A DNA stretch of 64,000 bases from Eremomyces bilateralis CBS 781.70 (taxonomy: Eukaryota): the NCBI GenBank assembly GCA_010015585.1, contig ML975151.1, one strand, 5' to 3'. Shown in pieces: positions 25,180 to 41,086 of this stretch. A program made the translations under genes and the position numbers. Numbering within the stretch: the first letter of the stretch is position 1; every line of letters begins with the position of its first letter. The notes beneath the pieces were generated by a model that saw only the letters and a program-made list of their open reading frames with translations, did not search any database and had not been told where the DNA came from.

Positions 25180-27504
25180 GCGCATCCTCTCTGCCAGGAG
25201 GCCGGCGTCATTCCTTTTGTTCACCATGCGACGAAACATAATTCCCCTCACATTTTATCTGTTTCTTACCCCTGTCGACCCGAGCGGTCGAGGCGGGCGG
25301 AAGCGAGTTACGTAGATCATGCAGTTCATTCATCACGGGGATCCACGGGCTGCAAGCGGTGTTTGGATAGCATTCTTGTTTGATGGCGTTCGGGTGGAAT
25401 AGGGATGGGGTGGGGATGGACTTATGTATATCGCTGTGTATTGTCATACATGGAAAAAAAATTAAAATCAAACTACAAATTATAGAATGTGCTCGGAGTG
25501 TGATGTCACGCTGTTAACATAGACATTGAAAATACTGGTGATGGTTGTAACGAGTTTGACGACCTGCACGCCATCGATGCGGACCTGTCGTCTCATGTGC
25601 GGAATCTAGAATCAATGTCAAGGCCTCCCCTGCCTGTCCTCGTTCAAGCATGCCATATCGCCCGCTCCTCGCTATTGTCTTTAAAGACAGCACGTAAATA
25701 CAGATTTGATCGGATGATACGACACAGGATCATGCACAAAGCATGCAATGGCAAGCTACTCCAGCCCTCCCTTTCACCCGCGCCGGATCGATCAATATCT
25801 ACCGGTCTACAAGATATCATACGGACCGATACGCAAAGTCTATCCAACCACTTCTCCAACGTCTCCATAAGACGGTCCCTACGAATTGGTATCCGACCAG
25901 AGGGCGGGCACAACCGCCACCCCAATCCACGCACTCACACATCATTGCCCATTAGTCGCGAGACACGTTTGTATTAAGAAATCGTTGATTCAGCCGAAAC
26001 ACCGGCTACCTGTGACGAGGCTAGGCACCTCGCCCCGTGTATGATAGGTCATCCATCGTGGTACCTGAAACAGGAGGGAACGGAGGTAGGGCAGGTGGAG
26101 TGTACAGGTACAGTTTTCGTCGTTGGGTTGTTGATCGCGGAAAACCAGCTGCAGCGGTAGGAACAGTATGAGGGGCGTCGTCGGGACGGGAGTAAACGGA
26201 GTGGCAGGACATCGCACCCGACAACGAAAACTTCCGTATATGTACCTTATCTGACATCGTATCAATCAAGGCAAGACCAGGCCAGTACAGGCAAAAGATG
26301 AGAGAAGAACCGAAATTCACCAGTCACCGTGATTGAATGGTGTCAACTGAGACAAGAAAAAAACCCGCACGATCGGGAAACAGACAAGCCGTAAGAATCA
26401 GGAGCGAACATAGCGGGACAAATCAAGAACAGGTAAGAGATAGATCACAGACACAGACCGATAGACACCCACGTTTTCGGTTCCATCCAGCCCTTTTCAT
26501 CCCCCAAAAAGCGTACGACAGTCAGACTGGCAGCCAGGCCGGCACGGAGCGGAACGAACCGGTCTCGTAGCAGCATATATGAGCATCGACACGAGATCCG
26601 CACCATTCGACCAAGCACGTGTGTGAAGTGTGAACTGCGATATGAAGCATTCCCGCGTTATCCATACCAATTCCGCAAAATACAAAGCTTGTGTGCTACT
26701 CTTGTCATCCACTACTACACCAGCCATCCAGACAAAGCATGGTAATGATTCATGACCCCCTCGGAAAACCTACAACCACCACCACCACCACCTTCCCATC
26801 AACCATCAAACCGATCCGAACCGAACAACCCTCAATCGAACAACCACCAATCATCACCCATTCCACCGTCTAGCTACCCGCCTGCTCCGTCCGGTGTTCG
26901 TGTGTCGCGCGGTTCCCATGCCGTACCCATTATCCGCCGCCATCCGATCCGATCCATCCGCTGGGGAAAACGCCCCCGGGGTGCGTGAACAGGAACTCAA
27001 CCATGTGCCACGTTCTTGATGATCGAGCTCAGTCCCGTGACAATGCCGATGGCGGATATCTTGCGCGTCCCAAGGAGAGCTAAAACGAGGTCGTTCGGCC
27101 GTTGCGGGGGTGGGTTCAGTTCTTCATGCCGATGTGATGGGAACCGGGGATGCCGAGGAACGCGCGGCCGAGACGTTGCCGGAGCTAGTCGTACAGCCAT
27201 AGCGCATTCCGAGCGCAAAATAACCGAGATACGGGAGAAGAGGACCCGAGGAAGCCGAGAAAGATACAAGGATGGAGACCGGGGTCGTAACGCGTCGCTG
27301 AATGGAAAGGGTCTGTCTGTTGGGAATAATTCGTATAGGGGGAAGGAAGGACTCTAACATTCGTATGAGGGGGAAAACGTGCGGGTTTCGAAACGGTCGG
27401 GATGGGGTGGCGGGCGAACGGCGGCGTTTGGCGGGGAAGTTTGTGTGTGTGGGTGATGGATTATCTCCGCCCGAACCTGCTGCACGTGGAAGTTCGTAAG
27501 GTGT

Positions 27505-28725
<1,221 letters not shown>

Positions 28726-31700
28726 GGTGGCTCAGTTCGAGAAACGAGAGAAAAGCGGGAAACGCGAGGAAGAAAGGAGGACAAAAGGAGGAAGGAGAGA
28801 GGAGAGAGGAGAGAGAAACGAGGCGTAGCGATCCCCAACCGGCCTCGGTCGCTGCAGCCGAGAGAATCCGCGTGTGTTATTGATGTGTTTCTCTCTTTCG
28901 GGGTCGACTTCAACACTGAGCTGCAATGAATTCCTATGTCAGTTCCGAAACGTTGATAGAAAGCGCATGGCACGGCGCTCAGCTGCATCGTGGTGTTTGA
29001 TTGAGTTTAGGGCTGGGCTAGCATGCCAAGGTAGGGAGCCGAGTGCATAGAGACGAAACCAACATACCGGATTGATGGAAAAGCGAGACGTCAAGGGATC
29101 CGCTTCAACAGGTTAAGCGCTGTGTAACAGAATGGTCGAGGCGCGACTGTCTCTATCAAGCGATTCGTTTGTAAGGCTGGCGATTCGAATTTTCGGAGAT
29201 CGGAGTGGTTGTTGGTATTAGGCGGCCGGTTCTTGTGGACTCAACAAAATCTCACGCGACGTGATGGTGAAAGGTTGCAAAAACCGGTGAAAGCTGGAAT
29301 CTGGCGACGATGAGCGATTTGGAGGAGGATGTGTGCGGGTGGTGCAGGATGTATGTTCAACGAGGTAGACGACGGAGTCGAGTGAGGAAGTCGAGCAGAG
29401 CACGATGGATGATGGATTGATGGAAGGATTGGGAAGGGCGGTGGATCAGCTCTGGTTGGATGAGGGGCGTTGTTGATTTTTTTCGCCTTCTGGGAAATGG
29501 ACGGAGCAGGAGACTAACGGAAAGGGCCAACAGGCACTAGGGATCAGGCTGGATGGCGTGTTGCTAAGTTACTAGCAGACGATGATGTTGAGCAATGGAG
29601 TTATGCCTTGTAAAGGTTCTCGTCAGGAATTCAGGTGAAGTGAAAGAGTTGTTTTGTCGTGAAGGGGACAGGAGAGGAGGGAGTCGAGAAGGGGGCGGAG
29701 GAGGCTGTGGCAGTGACAAAGATCCACTCTCCTGTGGTGAGTGGTGTGTGTCTGGTGCTTTGAACTTTGAAGGGGGAGACCGGGGAATTGGTGGTCGAGG
29801 CTCAAGAATGGTGGTTTCGGGCAAGGATGACACAGGTCGAAGCTCGATATGTGTGGGTTGGACAGCTCCCGATCAATGGGATGGAGGTGGATATGGATGT
29901 GAGAGGGATGATTTTCAAGAAAGAGTGAGAAGAGGAAGACGTTGTCAGTTGTGCTCACGCCGTTTCAGGACTGAGTGTTGAAGCGCGAGTTCAGAGTTGA
30001 CGCTTGACATTTGACACGCAATCGGGAATAATAACTCTTACTAATCCTCCGGTGCTTAACTTACAAGTTACAGGCTTAATTAAGTTATGTTCCTTGTGGA
30101 ATACACTACACTATTCCGTACTATGTAAATGTACATACATCAGATCGTTTACGGTATATCATTCTATTTGGAAACGAATCATATCTCTACAATCATAACC
30201 ATCGTAGCTGAGACGAAGCAACAGAGCACCATCCAACCCTTCGGAGAGTGCTGAGTCCCACATTCCACCGCCCGGTGCCCGACGGAATCCCATCATCTCA
30301 ACCGGTCAGAATGACAACAAATCTCCCCCACGGGGAAGCCATACATCAACCGGGGACCATCACCACCTCTCATCCAATTATCTCCTGCATTGACTGTGAA
30401 CAATGCCCCACCGGCCGTTAGACATCAATAATAGCTTCAATCGTTGCCACTTAAGTACGGAAGTCACCCCTTCTGCGTACATAAAGGTTTGGTCCTTGCT
30501 GGTATGTTCTGGGAACATACTGTAAACCACGCGCATGTGGCGTTTCCCACGACGTTGAAGCTGTGGAGTGTCATGTATCACTGCAGTAGGTACCTGATTC
30601 TATATTCAGATCAAGCAATGAATGGAATTCACACAATCCTATACCGCCGACCACAATGCCATCCGTCTATGCATGTGAATCTCAGCCCGCTAGAAACGTA
30701 GTGCTGCACAACCCCTCAACTCCTATTCATCCATAAACGAGTCCATTAACCTCCTGTTCCACTTCGACAGCTCCTACCTAAGGTGTCATTCGCTTATATA
30801 TGTATGCATCTACTTTCGACATCTGCTGCATGGTACCTGGCGCCTATTCCATCCAATCCGAGGGACATCAAGGGGGGCACATATCATTCGCTCCACGCGG
30901 GAGGGGGGAATCCTCGGTTCCGCTAACTAGATAGGACTGGCAAAGGATGTCGCCCAGGTCAATGGACGCATTGGTTCGATGGACGCATCACGGGAGTTAT
31001 CACTGGAAAGGAAGCAGAGAGCGGCACCGGAAAGACCATCGAACAACCATTCCGATTCAATTCATGCGAAATGCATTTCACCGTAAAGTACCATATCTCA
31101 TGCCGTTGCAGTCTCCATCAGATCGACTACTCCGAACGATGCAGCGAGAAAAAACCCGCACTGCCAATAACGGAAAAAAGAGGAAGAAACCCGTCGGATA
31201 TGGTGCAGAACAGAGAAACCGTAGATCAGCGAGCCGAAACACGGAAAAACGCACCGCTGTGATATCAAGAATCATCTCTCCGTCAATCAGGCCGTGTCGC
31301 ATATTACCGCGAAGGAATTCCGTCCAACCTAACATCGAGCAACACAGCCCAGCGCCGCGCCGCGTTTCCCATTCCCGTCTATATCGAAAACAGAAAAACG
31401 GCACAATGCAGTCCACCCAGGATATCGATAACGTTGCAAGGTAATAATTCCTCGAACAAAAACAAAACCCAGGGACAAGACAATGTCTCCGCGTTTGCGA
31501 TTGGTCCCGCCGGTGACCGGGATATCCTGTACGCGAACAAAATGTCGGGAAGGGGGTAGAAATACAGGGACGGCGGGAGGCGGTGGTATCGAGGGAGAAA
31601 GACAAGGAATTCGAAACAGGAGACGATTAGACGAGGAAAACATCATGAGAGAAGATGTCGGAACCGGAAAAACAGGGACGAGAAACAGTAGCAGGAACAG

Positions 31701-31844
31701 GAACAGTACCAGCGACCAAAGCAACGCAAAACGACAACAAATATCCAAATGCATTTTGCTCCACCCAGACCATAAATCCCATTCATAACGCCATCATATG
31801 CACCCCTTTTACCCTCATCCCTCTCCATCATCCTCAATCCTCAC

Positions 31845-34764
31845 CTACCCCAACGTCCGTCCCCCCACCCCAACAATCCCCATCCCCTCCATGCCCCCAT
31901 GCCCCGCCGCCACATCCGCCGGCATCACCCCGCCTGTACTCATGCTCAGCGTCCCGGAGTTACTCAAACTGCGGTTCGCGCTACTAGAGCCAGATCCGCG
32001 CCCGGTGGTGGCGGGTCCGGCCTCGGGCGGCTTGGTGGAGGCCGGCTTGTTGTGCGTCTCGGAGTCCCAGGTGTCGTCGCTGAGCGCGCTGAGCCACCCG
32101 GGACCGAGGTCGGCGCGGAGGGCGGAGATTTTGCGGCGGTAGGCGGAGGAGGGGTCGTCAGTGGGGAGGGAATGGTGTGGGGAGGGTTGGGATTGGGGGG
32201 ATTGTTGCGGGGGTTGTGGTGGTTGTTGCTGTAGTTGCGGCTGTGGTTGTGGCTGTGACTGTGACTGTGGTTGTTGCTGCGGTTGTGGGGGTATAGGAGG
32301 AGAAGCGGCGAGGAGTCGGGGAGGATTGGTAGGTGGTGGAGGCTGCGAAGACGGCTGAGTTCGTGGTGGGGTCTGCACGAACGTGTCGAGGGCGGGGAGA
32401 GCGGGTCGATCAGCCTTGGAGGTGGTTGCAGGATTCGTAGAGTCGGTGAGAGGGTCGTTATCTACATTACTACTCGCGGCAGGGGTGCCATGCGAGCGGA
32501 GCGGAAGAGGCGACGTGGAGAGGTCCGGGCTACCGCCGTATGCGGAGTCGATCGAGGAGATGTTCGGCGGCTGGCTGGGGTCGTGGGGCGCGTCGGTGGC
32601 GACACGCGAGGAGGACTCGGTGGGGATAGGGAGCGTCTCGCTCATTCCGCCGGCCTCGTTGCGGGAGAGCTCGACGATTCGTCTGCGGGTCCCTTTACGT
32701 CGTCGGTGGGATCCCGAGGAGAGGAGTTGCCCGTCGGAGCGGGTGCGGCCATGCGCGTATTTCGACGAGCGGCGGGTCGGCGTCTCGGGCATTTCGAGCG
32801 GTCGAATGGTCTCGGCTTCCTCGGGTCGTGGGGGGGTATCTTTTGGTGGAGGAATGGGTGGGGGAGGCATGGAGTCGACCACGCGTTTGACGGGTAGGTT
32901 CGGTGGTAATGGAGCGCGATCGACGAGCTGTTTCCGCTCCGAATAGCTCGGGAGGGTCGAGTCGATGATGATGTCTTCGATGAATCCGGGGGTGGCTCGG
33001 AACAGGTTGAAGATGGTGACGCGGTAGTTGCTGTGAGTTCGCGTAAATGGGTTGCGGTTCACGAAGAGTTCTTGGATCTCGGGCACTCCGGTCAAGCGGG
33101 CCAGTTCGGTCGGATCGCTGAGCTTGTTGTCCCGGAAGTCAACACGTTGCAGCGATAATAACCGTTCGATCCCAGCCAACGATCGAAGTCGATTGCCACG
33201 GAGATTGAGCGTCGAAATGGCCGGAAGGGGGTTTCTGAGGAGTGAATGCAGCGACCCGATCATGCAGTTCGAAAGGTTTAGAGCACGGAGCGCCACGAGT
33301 GATGACAAGGCATCCGGGATCTCGGTGAACAGGTTCGACGACAAGTCCAAGCTCTGTAGGGTATTCGCAACCGGAGCGAAGCTGGCGGCGTTGAGCGATG
33401 TCATCCCATTATCAGCAAGGCTCAGATGCCGTAGGAACCTCCACTTAGTCGATGGAAAGTAGTTCAGGGACAACAAGTTCGTCGAGCTTCCTCGGGGGGT
33501 ACCAGAGGGAAGACTGGACCCTGAACTCCCGGACGACCGACGAAGAGTCGCAGTGCTATTCCGCCCGAAGTTGCTCGACGTGGGTCGAGAGCTGTGGCCG
33601 CCTCGCATAGGAGACACGCTCCGCTGTCGCGGTCGAGCCGTCCGTTGAGATATTGTCGATCCCGTCGAGCCGGTACGACCGATCGATTCCCGTTGTGGGC
33701 TCGCGACGGCCAGAGCGGTTTCGGAGCCCAACGAATTCGGAGTCGAGCCTTGCTTGTGCAGTTCGGCGCTCTTCAGCGCTGGGCTGGAGCCAGGGACAGG
33801 AAGAACGGGTGAGGATTGTCCCTTTGCGGAACGACGTCTCCGTCGGTCCATATCATCCAGGACGATGTTGATGAGGAGGTCCGCAGGGTCATCTACTCCG
33901 CCACGTTTTACGGTAAGGCTTCGTAGTTGTTCCGCCAAGCGGTCCCACCCATAGAACTGTCGGAAGTCGACGTCGTAGATCTCGAGGGCGCCGAGGTTCT
34001 TAAAAGCGAACAGCGGAACGGCCGAATCGAAAGGAAACTCTTCGTAGCCGGCGATAAGAGGCGCTTTGTGGTCGGGGGAGAGTCGAAGGCACGGAATCTT
34101 GGTGAACGCTGAGTATAGGTATCGAAGATCTTCCTTGATGGCTGCTTTCTGTTTTTCCGACTTGGAGTCTTTCCTGAACCCCAAGCTCGACCAGAACGAT
34201 GACATTCCTGACATGACGCTCCTCATGCTCGAAACCGAATGGATCGAATCTCGGTCGGACGGTCCTCGTGACTTCTTTCTCTGTGCCTGGTTCAGGAACG
34301 AGACATAGTTCGTGGGCGACACGTCGGTATGGATATTCTCCAGCCGCACATTCATGGGCCCAACTTGCACCCCCAGTTCTTCAAATCGTGAGAGAAGGTA
34401 GAACAGATGGTGTGGAGTCAGCGTGAGTTTCGCCGGCTTGAGGTTGTAGGATGTGAAGCTTAGATATGGGAGGGACAGCGCCGACGCAAGCGAGGCGGAC
34501 GAGGATTGAGGAGTGGTTGGCATGACCGGCATACTGCCAGTAGCCTGCGAACTCGATCCATGAGGCCGTTGGTTTCGCTGAAGTTGGAGGGCGTTTGCGA
34601 GAGCTTTCTCGTGCGTCCGTACGAATGACGCTAAGTTCTGTACGTGATGTTAATGTCGACGGTCTTTATCTATGAGAGCCTTGCATCTCCCGTTGAGTCC
34701 GCAGTCATCTGCAAAGGGGATTCAGCCGTACCTTTATGAAGATTTGCCCATCTTCGGTGTTCAT
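31845..34764 (-). CDS. Leucine-rich repeat protein (conserved fungal, nischarin/STK11IP-like LRR), Pro/Gln-rich C-terminus
   Basis: Exon 1 (34764-34732) MNTEDGQIFIK splices to NLASFVRTHEKALANAL (34637) and continues into the 895-aa ORF; LRR units LQSLDLSSNLF, LRALNLSNCMI and LNLRGNRL. Confidence 0.88.
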
Positions 34765-37700
34765 CTTTTATCGCCGTGCAAGCGTCGCGCACATGGGAGG
34801 CGGCAACGAGACGATATGGAGTTGGAGAGTGTCTATTCGGAGGGAGTTGAAGAAGAAAGAGTGGAATGGATTCAGGGTCTATCGATATCGGCGGGGTATG
34901 AGGCCGCAAAAGGAGCGCGAAGTTCGAGAGGAAGGCGAAAAGAGGCTAGAGGTGACCGCCTGAGATACCGAAAACTGATCAACGTGAGCAAACCGGCCAC
35001 AATATGGTCAGATCTTCCAACACGACGTAGTGGAGGGTAGAATGGTGGCAGAAGCCGGTAAAGATTGGCTGTTTGGCTCCACCAAACAAACCTATCCGAC
35101 AAGGAGATCGTCAATACGTACACGCCACAAGTCAAGTGAAGGGAACCCAAAGGCAAAGGAAGGACTAGAGAAGTTAATGGGATGTAACGGCGATGCAATG
35201 AGATGCAATTGAGGTGATGGGATGCACTCGTTTCTCAGCAGCACCACGCCGTCGAGATATGTCGAGGAGGAGGGAGGAGGAAGAGGAGGGGAATAGGGAT
35301 GGTGGACGGTGATATCGGATTGGACTGGGGGTCAAGGAAGAATAATAATATGGCTGCCGGTGATGGGGACTGGACGATGTGGTGCAGCCGTGCAGGTGGT
35401 CAGTGTGGCAGCGATATGGATGGGCCGATGGAGAGAAGACTGGGGGAGTTGGGATGATCCCCTGTCTGCTGTCCCACCCGCGATGCTCAATACGGGCAAT
35501 ACCAACTGATGAACAAAGAACCGTCGAACAATCGGTTCAAAGGTTCAAAGAGGATCGACTGAAGACTGAGGGGTGGCGGATCCGACGATGGAATAGAATC
35601 GATCTGCAATTGAGTGGCTTGATTCGATAACCCTTTCGACTCCTCCTCGACGCGAGAGAGCGAATCTCGCAGGATGCGTCGATGCGGGCAACTTCGCACG
35701 GAGAACCAATGGAGGTGCACGAGAGACCGTGAGGGCTGGATTCTGAGTGGATTGGACGTATGCAGCCGCCCACACCCTCAAGAGCAAAGACCTTACTATT
35801 ACGCAGGAAGTACAGGATGCACGCTTGAAATTCGCTAATAGGTACCCCCAAGTCCTCGCTCGAGCAGGGTCTTGCACCGAAATGGCGTCGTCTAGACGTC
35901 TCCCTGCTCAACAAGTCGACAGACACACGATATTTCTCGACTATCTCGGGCACCCAAGAGGCTAGGACGGTTCGTTGCAACAGGGAGATTGCGCTGGATC
36001 CGAACGGACGGGATCGTGCCGTGCTGGCGGCCTGGCGCGCTATCCTTTGTCTCCCTCCCTGGACGATAGCCACGGTAGTTAACGGCTAGACTGGGATTGA
36101 GGGAACCTCGAGACTATGGGGCATGGAATATGGATATCAAACGGTCGAGTGATATTGGCCTGACACCAGCGATCATCGGACAACAGCATTCATGTCCGTC
36201 AGGAGAGATTAGATAATAGAAGGGAATAGACGGAGTTGATGAGCATAAGATTATCAGGACTTGATCTCGTCCATTTGGAATGCGCCATACAGAGCACGGT
36301 AATTATTCTGAGCATATGAGGCGGCTGACGGGATCTGCATTTGAGGCCGGTCGGTCCGGAACATCAGCAAAGGATTGGATGAATTGGATCGTTGAAGTTG
36401 GAGCCTTGGAGGGGTTTGCAGTTACGCACAGCATGCAGAGTGGTCTGGTGTGAAAGAAAGTTTGATATGAAGCTGTTGAATGGTCAGCCATCCGATGCGC
36501 GTTCGGACTCCTTCAGCGTCAATGCCTCAAAGGTTTCATTATTCATGTTCATGTCCAATTGAAGCAACTGCTGTTTTACCCCTCCAGCTACATTGAAGCG
36601 AGATGCACAGTGTTGCGAGGAGAATCCTATTTCAACATCGTTATCGTCGTCCTCTTTGTCGAGGATTGAGTTGTCAACAGATATCTCACACCTCATAACC
36701 CATTCTCGATTCCTTTACTATCACAAACCCTATATTCTCCTTATCCCCAAACCGTCCATCCATATTTCTTCTTGGACCACTTCCACCCCACTCTCATCAC
36801 CAACGTAATATCCAGCCCTGACCCACATGATGCCACTCCCTCCCTCTTCGCGTCTCGTCATGGGGACCCCTCACCAGTGTTGATAACCCCAGCGGGCGCC
36901 CATCCAATCACCAGGCCGGAGTGCATCATCACCCGCATTGGTGGTGGCCACTGGCGGCGTTTGGTTGCCAGAGCCTCTGTCTGCATTTGTGCAGATGCAT
37001 GAACACTTTGGAACACCAATCTCACCAGGAATCCAGCCATGGCTCCACACCGCCTTCTGACTTCTGTCTGACGGCCCGTCATCATCCAAGTAAAGACCAA
37101 GTTGGACGTCGAGATGCATCAATTGCGCTGAGACGTGCAGAACTGCAGATGCAGGGCGTATCATCAATATCGGACTGCTAGGCCAATCCGGTCAGTGAAT
37201 CCCTTTGTGCATTATTCCTCATGGGATATCAATTCTATTCCGTAATACAGCTCAATGTAATGAAGCTGGCCATATGATTCAGCACTTGCCACTGGTGGTG
37301 TATTCTGGGATTTCTAGCTGGAAAACAGGGCTAAGTAGAGTCAAGTATTCCTATCCTATCTTAGCGCAACATCCAACACCATCTGATCCATCTCGGGGGG
37401 GGCAACTTATGTCATACCCGACCACGGCGGCGCTTCCATCCGAGAATACGGGGTGATGAGCCGTGAGGCTTCACAACGCGTCTTAGTCTGGTCAGCAACG
37501 AGATGCCAAATCTCACGCATGACACCAGATATGCGCTAGGGGCAAATCCAACTCCAAGCCAACAGCCCACACCACATCGGATGCGCGGCAACTTACATCG
37601 ACCAAACACTCTAGAGATGCGGTGCAACCGGAAGGCAATTTTAATGAGTAAGACAAGTATTAAGGCAAAAGGCTGCGGACTCACTCGCGATCGTCAGGTT

Positions 37701-40700
37701 ACTCCGGTAAATGGCATTTCTAAAGGTCATCACATGGGCTTGCATCACAAGGTCCAACCTACAAAGGGTCCAGTCTAACTTGAAGCTTTTTGCGCATCCG
37801 AGACCCTGAGGGTTGGATGATCGATCATGGATGAAAAGATACCGTGCACCTAATCCTCTAACCCACGCGGAAGATTTGGATTCCCAGGCTCATCCTTTCA
37901 CAAGACCAGGCCTCCCGGCTCCTGCACGCACCTTCTTTGAACCGAACCACCGAAATCGGACTGCACGAAACGGCTTGGGTGCTGGATATTATCATCGTTT
38001 CTTTATTCTGTCTCCTGCTCGACGTTTCGTACGGCGTGGATGCCGCTAGGAATCAGTACAGGTAGTTTCTCCAGAGCCAGATGCCTACGAGATCTATGGT
38101 ACACTACCCCCGCGAACAACTTGGAAGTCCATGATCAGTGGATATTCGAAATGTGCGAATATCTGCACTAATGTATCCATCGGCTCATCTTCACGTCGTC
38201 CTAGCAACTTCACGACACCATCTATCTACGCTCTCTGTGCTGAGCATTCATGGTTGCATATCTTTCTCGTCTGTCGAAGATTCTCGTTTCATTTGAAATC
38301 ACCAGGCCAATGGTGCTGTACCCGACGCGCAGCAAGCGAAACGAGGTGGCCAATAACTAAGCCCTGCCAAATACTGTGCATCACATCGCACCAACCCCCA
38401 ATCGTCGTGCGGTTATCGCGCTCGAATGAATGAACTGTTGCCCCTCCATGCCCCTCCTGTCTCGAAGATGCATCTCGCCTGCAGCAGACTCACCACCTCG
38501 CCCAATCTATCCCCACGCTAATGAAACCTTGAGACCCTATCCTGTCGCGCAGACCAATTGCGGGAAACCCTCCATCCAACAATCGTCCCACTTGCCTGTG
38601 AACGTCTGCAACTCGAAGTAGGAGGTACATCATGACACCGCGCCCGACGACGATCCCCTCACCATGACCGACTATCTGGCGCTTGCGACTCATCTGAACC
38701 AGAAAACTTTTGCCTACCCTTTCCAGTCGCCTTCGTTCAGCGATGGAAGTCCTGAAAGTCAGACCCTTCCCCCGCCCGCCCCACTCTATGTTATTTCTGT
38801 TACACAAACCCCACCCCACGATTCCTCTTTATAGAGTATAGGCAACTCAAGCCCTGCCACCACCCCAGGATATCGCCCCCCTCTACTGTATTTAGCCTCT
38901 AGATCTGCTCCGCGCCAAGGCTGAAGGCCGATGATCGTGTCTACTTCCAGTCCCGCTAAATGATTCTTCGAGAGGCCACCACCCGTGTGTTTCCGAGAGA
39001 TTGGCGGGACATCGCTGGATATATACGGGTGATGAACGGCTTCGCCACAAGAGGGATGCGTGGGAAAGGAGGAGATCTGGGCGATCGACGAAGGGATTGG
39101 AAGGATCTCCGAGTGTAACCGGCACATCGACGACATCGAAGGGAGATCTTTTGTCGAATGATTCTCGCCTCTCGGGATCGAAAGAACATATGTCAGTGAC
39201 GTGCAACGGCTGACGACGACGAGGCGACCATCCAACATCCATATATTCTGATATCCAAGCCTTCATGCATCCGGTAAGCGTGTATCTTAGTCGCTCAGAC
39301 CCTGGACATATCTTGATTGCCTTCCCGGTTGGGTTTTGCACGCAGCCGCTCTCGGTGACATCGGCACTTGGAAGTATGCCTAGGCGCCACAACGCCGCTC
39401 ACCAAGATCCAGGACGGATCTCCGTTGGAGTGATCTGCTCGGTGTGACGTCGCTCGCTGTTACAGTACAACGGTCAACGGGTGTTCAGAAAGCAGGGCAG
39501 AACCTGATGGTGAAGTACCCATTGTAGCCACCGATCTCGCTCCCTTCGTCGACCCTCGGGGGTATCTCGAGTACTCATCGACGGTGATGCTCCAGCATGC
39601 ACGACATATGGCTAAGTATGCATTCAATATACTGACCTCTAGTCCATATAATTGTTTCGCATTTATAGACAGTACTCTATATATCGGCTCCTTCAACTGA
39701 ACTCCCCTGCAGATATTCGGTACACGACTGCCTACTCTCTATCCTCCCTTTTAATAACTTCCACAGCACTACCACCAGAGTTCCCCGGTCTCAATCCGGA
39801 TATATTGGCGGTATGGCTAATATACCTTTAATCCCTACTCCCTACAGTGCGTAGAGTTATCTCTCCTCACCCACCCAGTCCCTGACTCGGCCAGAGTATG
39901 AAACTCGACTGGTACCGCCCCAAGCCTCGACCTCACAGCATTCATCACGATTGGTGTTACCCATCGTGGCGGTGAGCAAGCAACACGAACCGAGCACCTG
40001 GTACGACTCTCTATCAACCACATGTGAGCCGTTTGCAAGGCTCTGGCGCAATTTCCCGATGTCGTGTACCGCTCCTGTATATCCGTTGTTCCCCGAATGA
40101 TAACTCCGATTGCTCTGCAGAGTAACTCGCACGCTTTTATTCGATTGTGCTTCCATCAACGCGGTCATGGTCATCAAATGGGGAAATGCATGCACATGTA
40201 GATGCGAAAGACCCCCCTTGCCGTATAGAGAAGAACCGCCGATGATGCATCGAGAGAGATGGTGCCGGTCAGTCTTCACCGACTCACTTAGATGGTAACA
40301 TTGGATTGTTTGTTGGGAAAAGGAAGGGGTTCTGGTGACGAAGTTTGGCTCGTTCAATGAGTATGAGCGTCAGTGGTTCCACGAGGCTGTCCGTATGTCG
40401 GTCATCATCAGTGCGTTCAGTTCGTATGAATCGGTTTTGCTCCATGGCAAGGAGTCTGCTGAAAGCCCCCGTCGCTTTGGGCTTGTATCCCCTCCGTAGG
40501 ATCCTGAGGACCTGAATCATGATGGTACAGATCGCCCCTACTATGTAAGTTCTGTCGTAAGGTCTCCTATCTACCGTGTTTTGTTCGCTTCTTGTACCAT
40601 ACTCCAACGAGTCTCCTATGCTCTGTACTTCACACTATTGATATCGATATCAAAAGAGCTAGGGGAAATATATGGTGCGGTAACCAGACGGCCGGATGTA

Positions 40701-40831
40701 AGAACGATCCTTTCACCTGCGTATTAGGATTCACCCCTCTTCCCCCCTCTTTCCCCCAAACAGGATCGTGTATATATTTATTGATTGTAGCTCTCTTTAC
40801 ATAAAGCCCTGTGTAGTCTAGCTGGCGTTAC

Positions 40832-40978
40832 TACCAATCTTATTAAAAACTTGGCGAAGGGGGAAGTTAATGAGACGTTCTCCAATCTGACCCGGGAGGG
40901 GCGGCGTGGCCATTACCAATCCTATAAAAAATTGGCGAAGGGGGGAGTTAATCCAACCGGACCCGGGGGTGCGGTGTG
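40832..40978. repeat. Imperfect tandem duplication of ~65-77 bp
   Basis: TACCAATC..TA.AAA..TTGGCGAAGGGGG.AGTTAAT...CCAA..GACCCGGG.G.GCGG.GTG occurs at ~40832 and ~40914. Confidence 0.85.
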
Positions 40979-41033
40979 CAATCCAACCTTCAGATCCCGC
41001 TTGGACTACTTTTTATTCATTTTTTCTGCAGAG

Positions 41034-41042
41034 TGATGATGG

Positions 41043-41086
<44 letters not shown>
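41034..41086. repeat. (GAT)n microsatellite, ~17 units with one interruption
   Basis: Read directly from the sequence. Confidence 0.97.
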